Shown here in pieces: positions 1 through 10,297 of a DNA stretch of 64,000 nt. Under the pieces are notes generated by a model. The model saw only the letters and a list, made by a program, of their open reading frames with translations, did no database searches and was not told the DNA's origin. The translations under genes and the position numbers were made by a program. The stretch is from a virus (taxonomy: Duplodnaviria; Caudoviricetes). The stretch spans positions 24,865 through 88,864 of the IMG/VR virus record IMGVR_UViG_3300025382_000004; one strand, given 5' to 3'. Each line of letters begins with the position of its first letter. Position 1 is the first letter of the stretch.

Positions 1-579
1 GAAAAGAGAAATGAACTTGCTTCACACCATGCTGGCATTTTCTCAAAGCAGAATCCTCGTTTTGACCATGGCCGTTTCCATAAGGCTGCTGGTTCAACCG
101 CACACGAAGCACCTAAGAAAATGGAAGAGGCAGCATATTCAGCAAAGGCTGGCCGTGCTGGTAAAGACCTCGGCAAACCAGGTAAATCATTCAAAATGAT
201 TGCTAAGAAGGCTGGTAAAGAATATGGTTCAGAAGAAAAAGGTAAGAAGGTAGCAGGTGCTATCCTTAAAAAGATCCGTGCAAAGCATATGAAAGAAGAT
301 GATATGAAATTGGGTGATCCTGCTGCTATGGATGCAGTAAAGAAAGCTGGTAATCCACCTCTTGCATCAACCGCAGATCCTAAAGGTTTAGGTGTTGCTC
401 AAAGTGCAGTAAGTCAGGGTAAAATGGATAATATTGCTAATGACACAATTGAAAAACAACATGGTCCAGATGTAGCACAAGCATACAAAAATATGCAATC
501 ACAAAGATACAACTGGTCAATGAAAGAAGATATTAATGAGTCCGTCCAAGTTGGCGCAAACAAATATAGGATCGTCTAA
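1..579 (+). CDS. 5'-truncated Lys-rich modular protein, probable internal head/prohead-core protein
   Basis: Frame 1 is open from base 1 (EKRNELASHHAG...NPRFDHGRF...) into the 121..579 ORF. Basic modules are separated by hydrophobic-X-E motifs (MEE, MKE, INE). Confidence 0.55.
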   Translation, partial: EKRNELASHHAGIFSKQNPRFDHGRFHKAAGSTAHEAPKKMEEAAYSAKAGRAGKDLGKPGKSFKMIAKKAGKEYGSEEKGKKVAGAILKKIRAKHMKEDDMKLGDPAAMDAVKKAGNPPLASTADPKGLGVAQSAVSQGKMDNIANDTIEKQHGPDVAQAYKNMQSQRYNWSMKEDINESVQVGANKYRIV

Positions 580-812
580 TGAATAGACCTCCACAAAAAG
601 GAGCAAACAATCAAGGCAGCGGGTCTCTCGGTGCCTTGGAACATCGTTATGGTTCATCCAAAAAGTTGGCACAGGAAGCAACTAAGGTTGCCTTGCAGAA
701 AGCGACCGATCAAAAGATGCTAAACCCTGGCAAAACTGCCACAGGCCAAATTGCGGATCCAATTGCGTTAGACCCTGAAAAAGCAGGGATGCAATCACAA
801 ACTTATAGCTAA
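579..812 (+). CDS. hypothetical protein
   Basis: ORF coupled to both neighbours by TAATG overlaps. Confidence 0.6.
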   Translation: MNRPPQKGANNQGSGSLGALEHRYGSSKKLAQEATKVALQKATDQKMLNPGKTATGQIADPIALDPEKAGMQSQTYS

Positions 813-1378
813 TGTATTATATTTACGCATATCTTAGAAGAGATGGAACACCTTATTACATAGGTAAAGGAAAAGGTAACAGGGCCTGGAGGAAAGACCA
901 TAATGTTCCTGTTCCTAGTAAAGATAGGGTAATACTAATGGAAACAGGTTTGACTAATGTAGGATCTTTAGCATTAGAAAGGTTCTATATTCGTTGGTAT
1001 GGCCGTAAAGATAACGGAACAGGAATACTAAGAAATCTTACCGATGGTGGAGAAGGTACGGAGGGATGTAAAAATCCTAAAAATATAACCACTAAAAACA
1101 AAATAAGCGAGACACTAAAACGTAAAGGTATAAAACCACCTTCACGTAAAGGTGTAAAGGCTCCTAAAGAGTCCTATACAAATAGTATATTTGAGATAGA
1201 AAACATTACTACAGGTGAGTTGTTTACAACTACAAACCTTAGAGAATTTTGCCAGGCGAAGGGTTTGACAAGATCAAGTTTGCAGGCAACAGCACCCTAT
1301 AGTAATGGTATAAATAAATACAACCAACATAAAGGCTATAGAATAGCCAAAAGAAACTTTATAGAGAAGGAAAACTAA
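812..1378 (+). CDS. free-standing GIY-YIG (Seg-like) homing endonuclease, copy 1
   Basis: YIYAY...PYYIGKG...R motif; [22 protein letters not shown] shared with three paralogues. Confidence 0.9.
   Translation: MYYIYAYLRRDGTPYYIGKGKGNRAWRKDHNVPVPSKDRVILMETGLTNVGSLALERFYIRWYGRKDNGTGILRNLTDGGEGTEGCKNPKNITTKNKISETLKRKGIKPPSRKGVKAPKESYTNSIFEIENITTGELFTTTNLREFCQAKGLTRSSLQATAPYSNGINKYNQHKGYRIAKRNFIEKEN
1309..1316 (+). promoter_or_regulatory. T4-type late promoter (TATAAATA) inside the endonuclease 3' end
   Basis: Exact TATAAATA about 65 nt upstream of the structural gene at 1380. Confidence 0.5.
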
Positions 1379-1379
1379 A

Positions 1380-2027
1380 ATGGCTCTCTGGGGAATGACA
1401 GACAACGCAGCTAACTCCGACATTGCTGCACTAATGCAGGTATCAGCACATGTTGATACTGCTAATCAATCAACACTTTACGAAAATACAACAGCAGGTG
1501 CTATCGGGCCACATCTAAACGCCAATCTAATCATTGGTCAGTTTGGTGTTAGCACACAAGAAATTCAAGCAAGTCCAACAGGTCATGGTTATCATGCTGG
1601 TTGGGTTCTTCGTAAAGAAGGTACAGGCGGCCGTGCAGGTCGTGTAACATATGAAACACTTGTTGCTACAAGTTCAATTCCTGGTGATGGAAGCAATGAT
1701 GGCCTCTGGTTCCCAGACTATACATTGAGAATTGTTACACAACCAGTAAGCAGCACAATGAATGGTGCTCCACAGAATGTTACTTTCACCGTTGCTGCTT
1801 CATCTACACCAGCAGGTGCTACACTATCTTATCAGTGGCAGGTAAACACTGGTACATCATGGACCAACGTTACAGGTTCTGCTGGCAAGTATTACAACCC
1901 AACATCTGCTACATTTACTGCTAACAACAAGACTGCAAATGGTAACACCTTCCAGTGTGTTGTTTCGGCCGCAAACTCAAATACTGTAACCTCAACAAGC
2001 GCAACAGTTATTTGGTATACACCATAA
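1380..2027 (+). CDS. probable virion structural protein with C-terminal Ig-like domain
   Basis: MALWG N-terminus typical of T4-like virion proteins; IVTQP...VTFTVAA...LSYQWQ...FQCVVS Ig I-set pattern. Confidence 0.7.
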   Translation: MALWGMTDNAANSDIAALMQVSAHVDTANQSTLYENTTAGAIGPHLNANLIIGQFGVSTQEIQASPTGHGYHAGWVLRKEGTGGRAGRVTYETLVATSSIPGDGSNDGLWFPDYTLRIVTQPVSSTMNGAPQNVTFTVAASSTPAGATLSYQWQVNTGTSWTNVTGSAGKYYNPTSATFTANNKTANGNTFQCVVSAANSNTVTSTSATVIWYTP

Positions 2028-2046
2028 TTTAGAAGGATAAACCACT

Positions 2047-3141
2047 ATGAAAAGTTTTAAGTCATTTATTAGTGAGGAAGTCCTTCCAACCGCAAATGTG
2101 GAGAATGGCAACTTTGACCTAGAGAACGACGCAGTTCGTGCCGAGGTTAATGCCATTCTTGCTGGCATCTGTAGTCATTCACATGTTACACCTTACATTA
2201 CATTGCGTAAGATTTCTAAGGCCCTTGCTTACTTTAGCATTATCCTTCCAAAGAGAACATTTTTGGAAGGTGATAAAGGTGTTGAGGTCTATGAAATTAG
2301 ACAGTTTGGCGAACGTATGGGTATGACCGATCAAGGTGAGTTTGTTCGTGAAATTCCTGTCCAGTATCATCTATTCTTCCAGTATGTCCAGGTTATGGGC
2401 CGCTTTATCGTTACCGCTAAGGTTGTTGATAAAGCAGAATTGGATAAGATGCTTGATACAGCCGAAATGGTAATGAAAGAATGTTGGGACAAGGTTACAA
2501 AGAGCGAACGAGAGGCCATCAAAGAACCAATCCACACCGATGGTAACAATGGTACAGTAAGCACCAAGAAGGCCATGGATACATCTGAAAGAACAAAAGA
2601 TAAGAAACTTGCTTCTGGTAAGTTAGATAAAGAATGGCCTGCCGTTGTCAAGGAAGATGAACAGATTGATGAAGGTAAAACCGACGGTTCAAAGATGAGC
2701 GATATGGATAAGCATCGTCATGGTTATGCCATGATGTATGGTCGTTCACCAACTCAGATGAAACCAAATGACAAACTTGCTTCTAAAGTTTGGAACAAAC
2801 CATCATCTGAAATGAGAAAGACCAAATCTGGTAAGATTCACGGTCAAGACCAGAAAGCCAAGGCATCTGAAATTAAGTCCCGTCTCGGTTCACATACAAA
2901 ACCAGGTCATCTACCAGAAGATAACCTTGATGAGGCTGATTATAAGTCTTCGTATGCTTACAAGAAGATGAAAACAAAAGTTGCCACAAAGGTTAAACGT
3001 GGACTTGGTATTGGTAAAGAAAAGACCTCTACTGTCCTTGTAACAAACAAAGGTGATCCAAAGGCTGCTACAGGTGGTGGAGTTCATCGTATTCCAAAAG
3101 ATAAATACGATCCATCAAAGCATAACTTGGCATCAGAATAA
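2047..3141 (+). CDS. conserved T4-like N-terminal domain plus Lys-rich modules; possible internal head protein
   Basis: MKSFKSFISEE start; acidic linkers VKEDEQIDE and LPEDNLDE between basic segments. Confidence 0.55.
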   Translation: MKSFKSFISEEVLPTANVENGNFDLENDAVRAEVNAILAGICSHSHVTPYITLRKISKALAYFSIILPKRTFLEGDKGVEVYEIRQFGERMGMTDQGEFVREIPVQYHLFFQYVQVMGRFIVTAKVVDKAELDKMLDTAEMVMKECWDKVTKSEREAIKEPIHTDGNNGTVSTKKAMDTSERTKDKKLASGKLDKEWPAVVKEDEQIDEGKTDGSKMSDMDKHRHGYAMMYGRSPTQMKPNDKLASKVWNKPSSEMRKTKSGKIHGQDQKAKASEIKSRLGSHTKPGHLPEDNLDEADYKSSYAYKKMKTKVATKVKRGLGIGKEKTSTVLVTNKGDPKAATGGGVHRIPKDKYDPSKHNLASE

Positions 3142-3209
3142 CTAAATAAGAGTGCGGGCCACGGTGCTGTAACACCTGCCCGCTCTAACACTCGGTAAGG
3201 AGTATCAGC
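3142..3209 (+). promoter_or_regulatory. late promoter CTAAATA plus two-hairpin structured leader, copy A
   Basis: GCGGGC-CAC-GGTG-loop-CACC-T-GCCCGC-TCTAA, then ACTC/GAGT hairpin over the SD, then CAGC-ATG; homologous to copies B and C. Confidence 0.85.
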
Positions 3210-3764
3210 ATGTATTATATATATGCTTACATAAGGCAGTATGATTCTAAAACTGCTAAAGCAGGAACACCTTATTATATTGGTAAGGGTAAAAAATATA
3301 GACTAAAAAATAAGAAAAAAGGTCATAATATACCTATACCAAAAGATAAAAAATTTATTGTAATTATGGAATCCGATTTGACAGAGATTGGTGCATTTGC
3401 TCTTGAAAGATTTTATATTCGTTGGTATGGGCGTAAAGATTTAGAAACTGGAATTTTATTGAATAGAACTGATGGTGGTGAAGGTGTTTCTGGATATAAA
3501 GCAACAGAAAAATCAAAGCAAATCAGGCGCGAAAGATTATTAGGTAGTAAAAGAACAAAACAAACTATTAACAATATGATTGAGGGTATATCAAAAAATT
3601 GGTTGATAACTTTTCCTGATGGACATAAAGAAATGATAAAAAATATGGCAAAATTTTGTAGAGAACATAATTTGTCAAAATCACTTATGCACTTGACATC
3701 CGTAGGAAACAGGCCACATCATAAAGGATACTCGGCGATTAGATATGATACAAGACCTAAATGA
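3210..3764 (+). CDS. GIY-YIG homing endonuclease, copy 2
   Basis: YIYAY...PYYIGKG; [13 protein letters not shown]; C-terminal N..FC..H.L...HKGY. Confidence 0.9.
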   Translation: MYYIYAYIRQYDSKTAKAGTPYYIGKGKKYRLKNKKKGHNIPIPKDKKFIVIMESDLTEIGAFALERFYIRWYGRKDLETGILLNRTDGGEGVSGYKATEKSKQIRRERLLGSKRTKQTINNMIEGISKNWLITFPDGHKEMIKNMAKFCREHNLSKSLMHLTSVGNRPHHKGYSAIRYDTRPK

Positions 3765-4137
3765 TGAAAATTTCCTACTTTATGCGGCTAAGGCCTACGA
3801 CAAGCCACATATCCTACAATCGGAGTTTGAGGACGATCTAAAGAGAATAAAGTATGTAAAAAGGTTATTGCGAAAGTATAGACAAACTGGTGAGTTCAAG
3901 GAGAGATTGGTTCTAAACCATGTTATCGTCCTTGCTAATGTGTTTGGTGTTGAAGCAACCGTGAATATGCTATTCTTCAAGGTGGATCCTGAAGATTATC
4001 CACTCCTCAAAACTATTCTTATATTTCTTAACTATTTACCTAAAAGATTGACTGTCTCGTTTAATAAATACTATGTGAGACAAGAAGAAATACCAGTCAA
4101 TCTGGAAATAGCACATGTATTAAGGAATCTACAATGA
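3745..4137 (+). CDS. conserved hypothetical protein of T4-like phages
   Basis: [11 protein letters not shown]...[16 protein letters not shown]...ERLVLNH pattern. Confidence 0.75.
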   Translation: MIQDLNDENFLLYAAKAYDKPHILQSEFEDDLKRIKYVKRLLRKYRQTGEFKERLVLNHVIVLANVFGVEATVNMLFFKVDPEDYPLLKTILIFLNYLPKRLTVSFNKYYVRQEEIPVNLEIAHVLRNLQ

Positions 4138-4550
4138 AACTAAAAGAAGACGGTGTAGGTGTAGGCGCGCCGACCAACAATGCAGGTGGTGGTTCCGTAG
4201 CAGGTATCGGTGTAGGCCCTAAGGGCGAGCCAGGTATGCCTGTAAGTTCGCAGAAGAAACGATACGGTAAGACCAAGTCACCTTTGCTATTTCCTGATAT
4301 GATGAAACGCACAGTACCAAGTTTGGTTAAAGAAGAAACATTCGCAGGCGCAGCAGTCTTTGAGGTTTCTTCACATGTGTTTCATAACCTTACTATGCAG
4401 AAACGCAAGGGTAAGCATTGGAGAATTTATTTGGAAGAAGATGATAGTTATATGGAAATAAGAGAGTGGGCCAAAAAAAATAAAGGTCCTATTATAGTTA
4501 GAAATGCTACAACTTCTGAAATGCGTTATGTGAGGTATGGGAAAGGATAA
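4134..4550 (+). CDS. hypothetical late protein
   Basis: ATGA overlap with the previous gene; LKE and VKEE motifs. Confidence 0.65.
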   Translation: MKLKEDGVGVGAPTNNAGGGSVAGIGVGPKGEPGMPVSSQKKRYGKTKSPLLFPDMMKRTVPSLVKEETFAGAAVFEVSSHVFHNLTMQKRKGKHWRIYLEEDDSYMEIREWAKKNKGPIIVRNATTSEMRYVRYGKG

Positions 4551-4564
4551 AAGGAAATACAATT

Positions 4565-5092
4565 ATGACCTCGACACCAACAAACGAAAAGTGTAAAGAA
4601 CTTTTTCCACACGAAGACGTTCTAAACCTAAATAAATTCTTCGGTGATCCATCTGGTAAAAACGGAGATGTGGATCCGACTTGGTTTAAAGAGAACATTG
4701 TAAAGTGGGAACCACCTTATCCTATGTTCTTTAATGCCAGTGGCCAGCAGTTCAAAACAATGAAACTACACAAGAAGGTAGTTGATGTTTATACTGCCGC
4801 ATTTACTGAGGTGTTAGAACACTTTGGTAAAGATAATATTAAGAAGTTACACCTCGATCAGTCTGGTGGTTCATTTAACTACAGACTAATGCGCGGTGGT
4901 TCTAGATTATCAGTCCATTCATGGGGTATAGCCATTGATATGGACCCAGCAAGAAATCCTTGGCCATCTGCATGGCATGAAGGTATGCTGAACCACGAGT
5001 TTGCAGATATACTAGAGAAGCACGGATTGTGGTGGCGCGGTAGGCCCGGCGATAACGACCCGATGCATTTTCAGGCTGCTTGGAGATACTAA
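4565..5092 (+). CDS. M15-family zinc peptidase, probable endolysin
   Basis: R...SxHSWGIAID and DPMHFQ zinc-ligand motifs. Confidence 0.85.
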   Translation: MTSTPTNEKCKELFPHEDVLNLNKFFGDPSGKNGDVDPTWFKENIVKWEPPYPMFFNASGQQFKTMKLHKKVVDVYTAAFTEVLEHFGKDNIKKLHLDQSGGSFNYRLMRGGSRLSVHSWGIAIDMDPARNPWPSAWHEGMLNHEFADILEKHGLWWRGRPGDNDPMHFQAAWRY

Positions 5093-5093
5093 T

Positions 5094-5125
5094 TCGTCGC
5101 CCCGGTCCTGTGAGGGCGACGATTT
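5094..5125 (+). terminator. GC-rich hairpin with short T tail
   Basis: TCGTCGCCC / GGGCGACGA 9-bp stem followed by TTT. Confidence 0.45.
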
Positions 5126-5161
5126 ATAGGATGGAGGTTTAACAGGAGAGAGAAACCTAAA

Positions 5162-5506
5162 ATGTTAAAACACGACCACAACCATAACGACGAGATTGGC
5201 GATGATGGAGGTGGATTCAATCTTATCAATTTTTTACCACACGCTATTACAGCTATAATTGCCGTGTGTGGTATTGGTGTATCACTATTATGGACCATTA
5301 GTGACCTTAAAGTGGGAGATATGGAACTTAAAACAAAAGTGACCTATCTTGAGTCCAGAGTCCAACATATTGAAGATTACCTTGGTCAAAGAAAAGAATT
5401 GACTGATAATGACCGTAAAAGTCTTTGGGACGAGGTAAATGATATAAAGCAGTCCTTACAAAATATAGAACAACAACATAAAAGGGAACTGCCACCAAGA
5501 AAGTAG
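5162..5506 (+). CDS. single-TM coiled-coil protein, candidate holin/spanin-like lysis accessory
   Basis: Hydrophobic AITAIIAVCGIGVSLLW followed by a heptad-rich tail; adjacent to the endolysin. Confidence 0.5.
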   Translation: MLKHDHNHNDEIGDDGGGFNLINFLPHAITAIIAVCGIGVSLLWTISDLKVGDMELKTKVTYLESRVQHIEDYLGQRKELTDNDRKSLWDEVNDIKQSLQNIEQQHKRELPPRK

Positions 5507-5535
5507 TTGACATAGAGCCAACTACCAAGTATAAT
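5507..5535 (+). promoter_or_regulatory. sigma70-type promoter
   Basis: TTGACA-17-TATAAT upstream of the primase. Confidence 0.85.
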
Positions 5536-5564
5536 AAAAAACTTCGTTATGATTATGGTGGAAT

Positions 5565-6581
5565 ATGTCCTTATACATAGATAAAAAATATGTTTCCCTC
5601 CTTTCGCCCAAGTTGAAAAACTTCAAGCAAAGGGGGGAATTTTTATGGAATTTTTCCTGTCCCGTTTGTGGTGATTCCAAGAAGGACAAACTAAAGGCCC
5701 GTGGTTACATCTATAAGAAGAAGGAACACCTCTTCTTTATGTGTCATAATTGTCACACCTCCACCACATTTCAAAAGTTCCTAAAAGATGAAGATCCGAT
5801 GTTATATCGTGATTTTGTATTGGACTCGTTCGTCCAACCTAACACGACCAACACCGTTGTGGACGTCAAGGATTTTGTCTCCAAACCAGTCTTTAAAGAA
5901 CAACCTAAGTCCCTACTATACAGTGATGCCGTTCGTGTCAATGGACTGAATCCTTATCATCCGGCTAGAAAATACCTAGAAGATAGGAAGGTTCCTATTG
6001 ATGATATGTGGTATGCGGAAGACTTCGCAAACTTCGTTTCTGTCACATTTCCTGCACACGCAAAAACACTATATAAGGAACCTCGCATAATAATCCCGTT
6101 CTATAACAGAGACGGCCAACTACTGGGAATACAGGGGCGATCCATTGACAGACATTCCAAGATCAAGTATATCACAATCAAAAGTGACGAAGAGAACCCA
6201 AAAGTTTTTGGTTGGGATAAACTTAACTTTGATATGCCTGTATATGTTGTTGAGGGACCCATCGACAGTCTTTTCCTTAACAATTCTCTGGCTACTATGG
6301 ATGCAGCACTGTTTAATGCTCCTAACATTGTAGGTCTTGACAAAGATTACAGATTTGTGTATGATAATGAACCACGAAACAAACAGATTGTTTCTAATAT
6401 GCGGAAAACCATTGACTTGGGTTATAAGATTTGTATCTGGCCCAACACTGTGAAAGAAAAAGATATTAATGAAATGGTTCTTTCAGGATTATCTCCTGCC
6501 ATTCTCCAACACATTATAGATATAAACACACACAGCGGATTTGAGGCTACGATGAACTTGAATATATGGAGTAGATTATGA
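5565..6581 (+). CDS. 61: DNA primase (T4 gp61-like)
   Basis: CPVCGDS...CHNC zinc finger; TOPRIM VEGPIDS and DNEPRN. Confidence 0.95.
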   Translation: MSLYIDKKYVSLLSPKLKNFKQRGEFLWNFSCPVCGDSKKDKLKARGYIYKKKEHLFFMCHNCHTSTTFQKFLKDEDPMLYRDFVLDSFVQPNTTNTVVDVKDFVSKPVFKEQPKSLLYSDAVRVNGLNPYHPARKYLEDRKVPIDDMWYAEDFANFVSVTFPAHAKTLYKEPRIIIPFYNRDGQLLGIQGRSIDRHSKIKYITIKSDEENPKVFGWDKLNFDMPVYVVEGPIDSLFLNNSLATMDAALFNAPNIVGLDKDYRFVYDNEPRNKQIVSNMRKTIDLGYKICIWPNTVKEKDINEMVLSGLSPAILQHIIDINTHSGFEATMNLNIWSRL

Positions 6582-6787
6582 GTATGTTAAAATTTACTAA
6601 TATGAATAATCAAAGAGCAGGTGATCCACTTTATATTAATTCAGATTGGGTTGTTGCTATATATGAAAATCATAATGAAGGTGGATCATTATCAACAGTT
6701 ATATTTGGTGGACCACATAACACTGAATGGTATGTAGAAGAAAGTCTTGGTCAAGTTATTAAGATTATTAATGAGGAAACAAAATGA
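6578..6787 (+). CDS. small protein resembling the FlbD/SwrD family
   Basis: MLKFT...LYIN.D.V..I.E...TVI...V.ES..QV.K.I pattern. Confidence 0.45.
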   Translation: MSMLKFTNMNNQRAGDPLYINSDWVVAIYENHNEGGSLSTVIFGGPHNTEWYVEESLGQVIKIINEETK

Positions 6788-7521
6788 ATACCGCGAAAAT
6801 TATAGCATTGACACAACCTATCCTTTCGGCATGGGAAACACAAACAGAAAGATCCATTGGCGTAGAGGCATTCATTGCTTACACAGCCAGAGTATCAAAT
6901 CCATCCAATCAACATAACACACTAACCGCACCTAAACTTCTCAAATATCTAATCAAAAACAAGCACTGGTCTCCATTTGAGATGGTGTCTATCACTATGG
7001 ATATTCAGACAACCCGTGACATTTCACATCAGATCATTCGTCATCGTTCTTTTTCATTCCAAGAGTTTAGTCAACGTTATGCTGATCCAACCAAGGACAT
7101 GGAGTTTGTAACAAGAGAAGCAAGACTACAAGACGCCAAGAATCGTCAGAATAGTATTGAGACGGATGATGAAGATTTAACTGATGTTTGGGAGAAAAAG
7201 CAGAAATCATTAACTAATCTTGCTGGAATTTATTATAAAGAAGCGATTGAAATGGGTATTGCTAAAGAACAGGCTAGATCGGTTCTACCAGAAGGTCTAA
7301 CCAAGACACGACTATATATGTCAGGTACACTTCGTTCTTGGATTCACTGGATAGATGTTCGTGCGGAAGTAGGCACACAGAAAGAACATCGTTTGATTGC
7401 TCTTGATGCACAGAAAGAAATACTACAACATTTCCCGTCATTGAGAGAGTATTGGCATCCTGCACCAATACAGATGGAGAATCCAGACGCTAAAGAAAAA
7501 CCTTGGTGGCCATTTTGGTGA
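6784..7521 (+). CDS. thyX: flavin-dependent thymidylate synthase
   Basis: RHRSFSFQEFSQRY signature; HWSPFE; ARVSNP. Confidence 0.97.
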   Translation: MNTAKIIALTQPILSAWETQTERSIGVEAFIAYTARVSNPSNQHNTLTAPKLLKYLIKNKHWSPFEMVSITMDIQTTRDISHQIIRHRSFSFQEFSQRYADPTKDMEFVTREARLQDAKNRQNSIETDDEDLTDVWEKKQKSLTNLAGIYYKEAIEMGIAKEQARSVLPEGLTKTRLYMSGTLRSWIHWIDVRAEVGTQKEHRLIALDAQKEILQHFPSLREYWHPAPIQMENPDAKEKPWWPFW

Positions 7522-7587
7522 AAAGTAATGAGTGAACCTAACTTTATAAAATGGGGTCACGGAAAAAATTGTAAGAGGAAATAAAGA

Positions 7588-9483
7588 ATGGATTTATACA
7601 GCCAATTCATATATAAGAGTCGTTATAGTCGTTATCTGCCAAAACAAAATCGTCGTGAAAACTGGGAAGAAACTATAAATCGTTATCTTGACTTTATGGA
7701 AAATCATCTCCAAGAAAAGCATCAATACGATATAAAGCCTATTCGTTCTCGTTTGTTTGATGCTATTCACGATCTAAAAGTTATGCCAAGTATGCGATCA
7801 CTAATGACTGCTGGCAAGGCTTTGGAACGTGACAACACCTGCGGATACAACTGCTCATTCTTGCCTGTAGATGATCCAAAAGCATTTGATGAAGCAATGT
7901 TTGTCCTCTTGTGTGGAACAGGCGTAGGTTTTTCGGTAGAGAGACAATTCATCAATCAGTTGCCAGAAATTCCGGAAAAACTATTTGACTCGGAGACTAC
8001 CATTTCCGTTAGAGATAGTAAGGAAGGTTGGGCCAAGGCACTTCGTATGCTTATTGCTCTACTTTATACTGGAGAGATTCCAAAGTGGGACTTGACAAAA
8101 GTTCGTCCCGCTGGTGCTCCGCTAAAAACATTTGGTGGTCGTAGTTCCGGACCCGAACCATTACATGAACTATTCAGATTTGTTGTAAAAACATTTCGTA
8201 ACGCCCATGGCCGCCGTCTGACATCATTAGAGTGTCACGATATTCTATGTAAAATAGGCGAGGTAGTGGTTGTTGGTGGTGTTCGTCGTTCTGCTATGAT
8301 TAGTTTGTCTAACCTTAGCGATGATAGAATGAGACATTGTAAATCAGGAAGTTGGTGGGAAGCAAATCCACAACGAGCATTGTCAAACAACTCTGCCGTG
8401 TATAATGAGAAGCCAGAAGTTGGCACATTCATGGCAGAATGGATTTCATTGTATGAAAGTAAATCAGGTGAGAGAGGACTATTCAGCCGTGAAGCATGTC
8501 AAACAATCGCAAAACGAAATGGCAGAAGAAATAGTGAACAACTATTTGGCACAAACCCATGTAGCGAAATTATCCTTCGCCCATATGGATTCTGCAATCT
8601 TACGGAAGTTGTTATCCGAGCCGATGACACCATGGAAACTATTCGTGATAAAATTGAGGTTGCGACTATTCTTGGTACTTTTCAATCTACTCTTACGGAT
8701 TTTCCCTACCTAAGAAAGATTTGGGTTAAGAATGCCGAAGAAGAAAGACTACTTGGTGTTTCTCTTACAGGCATCTATGACTCCAAACTATTCAACAATC
8801 CACAAGATAAAGAAATCAAGGCACGCCTTGCTTCTCTCCGTGACTATGCTGTTGAGGTGAATAATGGACTTGCTGAAAAACTTGGTATTAATCCTGCCGC
8901 TGCTATTACTTGTGTCAAGCCTTCTGGCACAGTATCGCAACTATGCGACTCCGCGTCTGGTATTCATCCACGGCATTCTAATTATTATATCCGTCGTGTT
9001 CGGGCTGATAATAAAGATCCTCTAACAAAGTTTATGAAAGAGAAGGGTGTGCCTTGGGAACCAGATGTGATGAAGCCTGATTCCACAACTGTATTTTCTT
9101 TCCCACAGAAAGCACCAAAGGGTGCCGTGGTTCGTGATGACATTGATGCTATCAAACATTTGGAGTTGTGGGCGGTGTATCAGGAACACTTCACGGAACA
9201 TAAGCCATCAGTTACGATTACTGTTCGTGAGGATGAATGGATGAAAGTTGGTGCCTGGGTTTACGACCACTTTGATGAAATGTCCGGCGTCTCGTTCTTG
9301 CCTTATGATGGTGGTAGCTACCGGCAAGCACCTTATGAGGCCATAACCAAAGACCTTTACGATGCTATGTTACCTTCCATTCCAACCGAAATAAACTGGG
9401 ATGAACTCAAAGAGTTTGAGGATAATGTGGAGGGGGTGCAGACCTTGGCCTGTAGTGCGGCAGGCGGTGGATGCGACATCTAA
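7588..9483 (+). CDS. nrdJ: class II (adenosylcobalamin-dependent) ribonucleotide reductase, monomeric type
   Basis: YNCSF, TNPCSEI and TCVKPSGT motifs; C-terminal C..GGGC; no nrdB in the window. Confidence 0.92.
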   Translation: MDLYSQFIYKSRYSRYLPKQNRRENWEETINRYLDFMENHLQEKHQYDIKPIRSRLFDAIHDLKVMPSMRSLMTAGKALERDNTCGYNCSFLPVDDPKAFDEAMFVLLCGTGVGFSVERQFINQLPEIPEKLFDSETTISVRDSKEGWAKALRMLIALLYTGEIPKWDLTKVRPAGAPLKTFGGRSSGPEPLHELFRFVVKTFRNAHGRRLTSLECHDILCKIGEVVVVGGVRRSAMISLSNLSDDRMRHCKSGSWWEANPQRALSNNSAVYNEKPEVGTFMAEWISLYESKSGERGLFSREACQTIAKRNGRRNSEQLFGTNPCSEIILRPYGFCNLTEVVIRADDTMETIRDKIEVATILGTFQSTLTDFPYLRKIWVKNAEEERLLGVSLTGIYDSKLFNNPQDKEIKARLASLRDYAVEVNNGLAEKLGINPAAAITCVKPSGTVSQLCDSASGIHPRHSNYYIRRVRADNKDPLTKFMKEKGVPWEPDVMKPDSTTVFSFPQKAPKGAVVRDDIDAIKHLELWAVYQEHFTEHKPSVTITVREDEWMKVGAWVYDHFDEMSGVSFLPYDGGSYRQAPYEAITKDLYDAMLPSIPTEINWDELKEFEDNVEGVQTLACSAAGGGCDI

Positions 9484-10211
9484 TGTTTTGATAGTTTGGC
9501 CTTGGATATAGCCTTACCAACTCTAAGGTTATATTCGGGGTCAGACCATCTTACTTTGTTTCTATAAGACGCAGCGCAGGACTTATTACAGAAATGTGCG
9601 GCCTTTCTATTATTGGCGGTATCTCTTTCTGTATGTTCTTTACCACAATGCTTACAATGCCAGGTGAATGTAGAAAGTATTTTGTTATAAGGTTCTAATC
9701 CTGGCGTTCCTTTGTTATAACGACCTTTTAGTTTTTCGGAAACTTTTTTGGCAATCTCCGGATCCTTCATGGGATTGTTAGTAAGGAATCTTTCACGCTG
9801 TTGTGGATTAGAAATACCTTTGTTAGGAGCAGGACGACCAAGTGCCTTTTGTCTTATCTTTTCTCTTGTTTCAGGAGAATGTATTCCAGTTTTTCCTTTA
9901 TTAGGATGCTGAAAACCAGATTGTCCGTTTCCACCATCAGACAGATTGCGGAGAATACCAGTACCATTGTCTTTGCGACCATACCATCTAATGTAGAATC
10001 GTTCTAAGGCAAAAGCACCAAGTTCTGTTAGATTGGCCTCCATAATAATGATTTTGCTATGGTCTTTTGGTGGTTGAGCATTACATTGTCTATGACGGCG
10101 CCAGGCACGATTACTTTTGCCTTTACCAATGTAATAGACATTACCATTCTTGGAAATATATGCGTAAATATAGAACTCTGGTGGTAGATTTGTGGTAGAA
10201 TAAATAGCCAT
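9480..10211 (-). CDS. GIY-YIG homing endonuclease, copy 3, with NUMOD-like repeats and a C-terminal Cys cluster
   Basis: YIYAY...YYIGKG; [13 protein letters not shown]; HSPETREKI; CKHC...FCNKSC. Confidence 0.9.
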   Translation of the reverse strand: MAIYSTTNLPPEFYIYAYISKNGNVYYIGKGKSNRAWRRHRQCNAQPPKDHSKIIIMEANLTELGAFALERFYIRWYGRKDNGTGILRNLSDGGNGQSGFQHPNKGKTGIHSPETREKIRQKALGRPAPNKGISNPQQRERFLTNNPMKDPEIAKKVSEKLKGRYNKGTPGLEPYNKILSTFTWHCKHCGKEHTERDTANNRKAAHFCNKSCAASYRNKVRWSDPEYNLRVGKAISKAKLSKH

Positions 10212-10278
10212 GCTGATACCTCCGTATAAGGTGTTAGAGTAGGCAGGTTCCCCAACCGTGGCCTACAACCCTATTTAG
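10212..10278 (-). promoter_or_regulatory. late promoter CTAAATA plus two-hairpin structured leader, copy B
   Basis: Minus strand reads GTAGGC-CAC-GGTT-GGGG-AACC-T-GCCTAC-TCTAAC, ACCTT/GAGGT, CAGC-ATG. Confidence 0.85.
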
Positions 10279-10297
10279 TAAACATGAAAGTTAATAT

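Noticed and set aside
7522-7587. Cobalamin riboswitch upstream of nrdJ
   Set aside because: The gap is only 66 nt and has no B12-box or extended structure.
9472-9480. Fifth palindrome cassette (TGCGACATC)
   Set aside because: Only a half-site, explained by the nrdJ codons Cys-Asp-Ile, with no promoter at the 21-bp spacing.
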